DNA of 64,000 nt from Octopus vulgaris (lineage: Eukaryota): assembly GCA_951406725.2 (NCBI GenBank), contig OX597814.1, positions 40,672,001 to 40,736,000 of the forward strand, written 5' to 3'. A model generated the notes under the pieces. It did not search any database and was not told the origin of the DNA. It was given only the letters and a program-made list of their open reading frames with translations. How positions within the stretch are numbered: position 1 is the stretch's first letter; every line of letters begins with the position of its first letter. The position numbers and the translations under genes are program-made. This document shows positions 60,101 to 64,000 of this stretch, piece after piece.

Positions 60101-62099
60101 CAGATTCATAATCAGCATCATAATTTAACCCAGAAAAATCAATCAGCAACTCTGATAATTACAAAATAGTTTCATTTATTTGGCCAGTGTTATCATCTGT
60201 TACAAAATTAGGGTTATAGAAAGTTCCAAGCTGCATAAAAATGTAGTGTTTCTGCATTTAATGTTCACTGGACCAGGAATATTATTTCTTTGTGAGATTA
60301 CACTTTTCACTGTGCACTTAATTTTGTGTTTCCATTCAAGTATCACAGGGTAATGCACCATTAAGGGAACACAGAGCATGCTCTATTGGAAAATTATTTC
60401 ATTCTATATTCTAAAATGATGGACAAGAAGCGTACATCAAATTCATTAGATCGTGTGTGATTTAGCGAAAGTGTGCTGTAATGCCGGAATATGTCATTTG
60501 TATTATTTGACAAATATATCCATGCATAAATTTATACATTGTATTTGCATTTTAAATGTATTATCGATTGAAAACGAAACTAAAAATAAGTGAAGGAAAC
60601 GATTGTTTGATGCCAAGCTAAAAATTTACGTACGTAAATAATTGTTGATCCATTAACTCGCTGTGTTTAGCTTCAGGTATTGTAAAACAATATCTCATAT
60701 ATCAAAATAAATAGAAGATAATAAAACAAGCCCAATACATAATATCACAATTAGATCTTTAACCTACACAGAAGCACAAGCGTACACACAAATCAAAACA
60801 TGAGAAGAAATTTAAACTCATGCAAACGTCATATATTCACATATGTACACAATCATACTTAAGCAAATACACACACGCAAATATATATAAACGTGTCATT
60901 GTACGCTTTTGTATTTTCGTGATTTTGAAACTATTCGCCTATTTCTCTTTGTGCTCGCAATTTGTTCACCGATATTCTTCTATTGACATATCTACGTGCA
61001 TGGAACTTAGCGTCGGACAAGGTAGACACTGACAGATTAAAAACAAAAATCAAAAACAAAACGCTACTCTTAATGTAATCACTTAAGTGCCCATCAGGGC
61101 TGTGCAACAACATAGTCGAAGCCCAATAATCGAAACAATTACAGAGGAAAAGAACCCACCCACACATACATACATACATGCATGCATGCATACAATATAT
61201 ATATATATATATACATACATCTATACATGCACACATACATGCTTATATGCACACATACCTACATGCCTGCATACATTCACACACAGACATATTTATGTTC
61301 GTGGGTATATGTATAAGTGCGTATGTTCATATATCTCTAACGAAATGTGCTTATCATCTCGGTGATAGTAAAAAAGTGTAAAAATTGTTTATTTCTTCAC
61401 AAAATATATAACCTACTTGTATTAAGAGATATTACTTTAAAATATATTAGTATGAAATGGAGCAATGATATCTTAATATACATCCCTCCATGCCGTCTTA
61501 TATTGCAAAATGTTTCGTATGAGGTATATTTGGAAATAATATTTTTTTTTAAATGAACATAATTGATTTCCACATAATCCTATCTTGTTTATACAATTTA
61601 TGTTTCTAATGGAGTTGTTGATATCGACGAATATTTATCACGTATATTTCACACAAATATACACGCATAAACATATATATGCTCATGCATATTAAATTGA
61701 ATAGTGACGGGATTACTAAAATTTACAACTGCGGTAAAAAAAAAAAATACTAGTTACTCAGCTAGGGAACTAGTTCCAGAATAATATTAAAATACAGGTA
61801 TATTATTCTAGTGAATGATTTTTCGAACATATATTGTATGTCCTAAATTTATCGTAGCTTATACTTTCTGAATCATCCGCATCTAGCAGATAATATACAT
61901 TAAGATCATTGCTTTAGCACTAAATCAATGACATTTATTTTATAACTATGCTTCTGTACTAAAAAAAGTTGTGTCTATGTAGAATTGATAACTCTTCCTG
62001 AATCTGGAAGACATAATTCTATGAATATTCTGCTTAAGATAATTGTAGTCTATGCGAGCACGAAGCCAATTGCTCGATGAAAAATAAAACAGTTTAATT

Positions 62100-62820
62100 C
62101 ATGTTAAACTTGTGCCATAAAACATCTTCAAAAACTAAGAGTTTCTTTATTTGGTCAGTGGATTTCTCATACACTCACAGCAGCTCATCGTAATGAAGCG
62201 TTGGTCTATACTCGTCATTGCAAAGTATATTTGTAGGAAATCCTTTTGGGATTTACTCATCACAATTCATGAAAAATGGGTCGAAAACGAGAATAGTTAC
62301 TGCCATTTTTGGTGGGATAAGAAAGGTTGCATTTCTTATGATATGTCACATCTAAGTATTTGAAAAGAGTTGGTGTCAATTGCAAGCATTGTACACAAAA
62401 TCGTAGATTAAAGCGCTCATCTATTATCAAATGATAAACATGCTGCTCTTACACGATAACGTAAGATCATATGTTGCCCAAGACACTTTTGAAAACATTG
62501 AAGCTAAATATACATGTTTGCCTCATCCATTTTACTCTCTTGAGCTTACTTTATCTGAATATCGTCATTTTTAGAGAGTTTCATCATAGTTTATTGGGAA
62601 AAGAGTTTATTGATTACGAAAAGTTTAAACGTGACAAATTATATATTCGAAACCTGAGTTACTTTACACTCGAGAGTTGTACAATTTGCGTAATAAATGG
62701 TATTATTTTGCAATAATAAAGGAAACTAATGTATTTGATTAAATATATCAATTATGATTAAATAATCATTTCTTTTTAAGCCACTTTGAAATGCGACACT
62801 ACTTCGTTTGCGGCTTAATA
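62100..62820 (+). mobile_element. Degenerate mariner (Tc1/mariner) transposase with right end
   Basis: GQWISHTLT (WVPHEL), LITIHEKWV (TGDEKW), WWDKKG, LLHDNVRSYVA (HDNARPH), PHPFYSLELTLSEY (HPPYSPDLAPSDY); ends ...cttaata. Confidence 0.8.
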
Positions 62821-64000
62821 ATTAGATGTGTTGAGTGTTAGTCAAGACCATATGCACTACAGATTATGCAGCAATTATTGACAGTTTATCAGGAGTTTCT
62901 ACTTTTATTACCCTAGAGCGATATAACTCAGGATACCACAAGCTACTACAAAAAGAATTTGAAATATAGGCTGTACTTTTACAATATTTTCATCAGTATA
63001 TCTAAACAGATAATGTATAGTACAAAGTAGAATTTGAAAGCAGGAAGAGCAACTTTTGCTATTTGTTTTCCTATTTTACATATAAGAAAGGTAACTTAAA
63101 ATGAATGCACATTAGAAATCTAATCAAGTTGTCTTACTTTTCCGTTTTCTGTGAGAAGATTTTTGATGTTACAAGTTATCTTTCCATAGCAATATTAACG
63201 ACATGTTATGCATGACACACTCTCTACAAATTAATGAAATATATGTTCATTCAGAAATTTAGCAAATTAATGCGCATCGCTAACAAACGAAATGTAAGGC
63301 AAACACGTTTAAACTCTGCTTCACTACCTATCAACCTTTACACGCCAGCTAATGTATCATTTTGCACAAAACATGAAATAACTTTCTGTACTGAGCCGTT
63401 GACAACATAGTGAAACAAAGTACCATTTCTGCATTAAGATTGGCAACGTACGAGGCACCTTGAGAAATACATTGAGAGGAACAGCGATGTGAGAGATAGA
63501 AAGAAAAACTGAGTGAATGAGTAAGAGAGACAGCGTGATAGACAGAGAGAAGAAGAAGAAAGAGAAGAAGAAAAAGAAGAGGAAGAGGTGGCGGAAGAGG
63601 AAGTAGGAGAGAGAGATGAGGAAAGACAGAGACACATAACCTACATTTCCCCGACAGATAACGTTTATTTTCCCCAGAAATAAAAGATACGCGTGTGTGT
63701 CATTGTGTGAGTGCATTTGTAAATGTAAATGTAAGGAAATACACACATTTATACGTATATGTTTTCGATGAAATATTTAACCTCGGTTAAATTTAAACAA
63801 TGCAGATCGATTTTCTTAATAGTAATATCTTTTTAACAAATTGGTCCTTGCCTAACCTATGATAGCTCTATTGGTTATCTTCAATGGTCAATAAATAGCT
63901 GAACCCAACCTTGGAGTAGTTCCAACAGAGTAATTAATATTATCAATGCACAAATTATCGCGTCCTTTTAAATCTCTAGTTTCACCAAATAACCGGGTAT

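Overview
AT-rich animal genomic DNA with no convincing host gene. The SINE types and microsatellite density suggest an octopus or other cephalopod (inference). Nearly all computed ORFs are translations of (TA)n, (CA)n or (AAT)n tracts. The real content is retroelements sitting inside microsatellites. (1) Penelope-like elements (PLEs) of several families carry type I hammerhead ribozymes (HHRs), and many are inserted as inverted fold-back structures. The largest is a concentric 10.4-kb palindrome (31364-41775): a Nematis-like RT/GIY-YIG element sits at the centre of a non-coding, microsatellite-like HHR element. (2) An apparently intact full-length CR1-group LINE (26278-30930, minus) has an ORF2 with no usable AUG. 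It is reachable from ORF1 by a correctly phased U UUU UUA -1 slippery heptamer followed by a hairpin. (3) A cluster of Dong/R4-like RLE LINEs lies in (AAT)n tracts at 47.7-56 kb. (4) There are also tRNA-derived SINEs, a Gypsy remnant and a mariner remnant. All calls come from reading the sequence by eye; no searches or folding programs were run.
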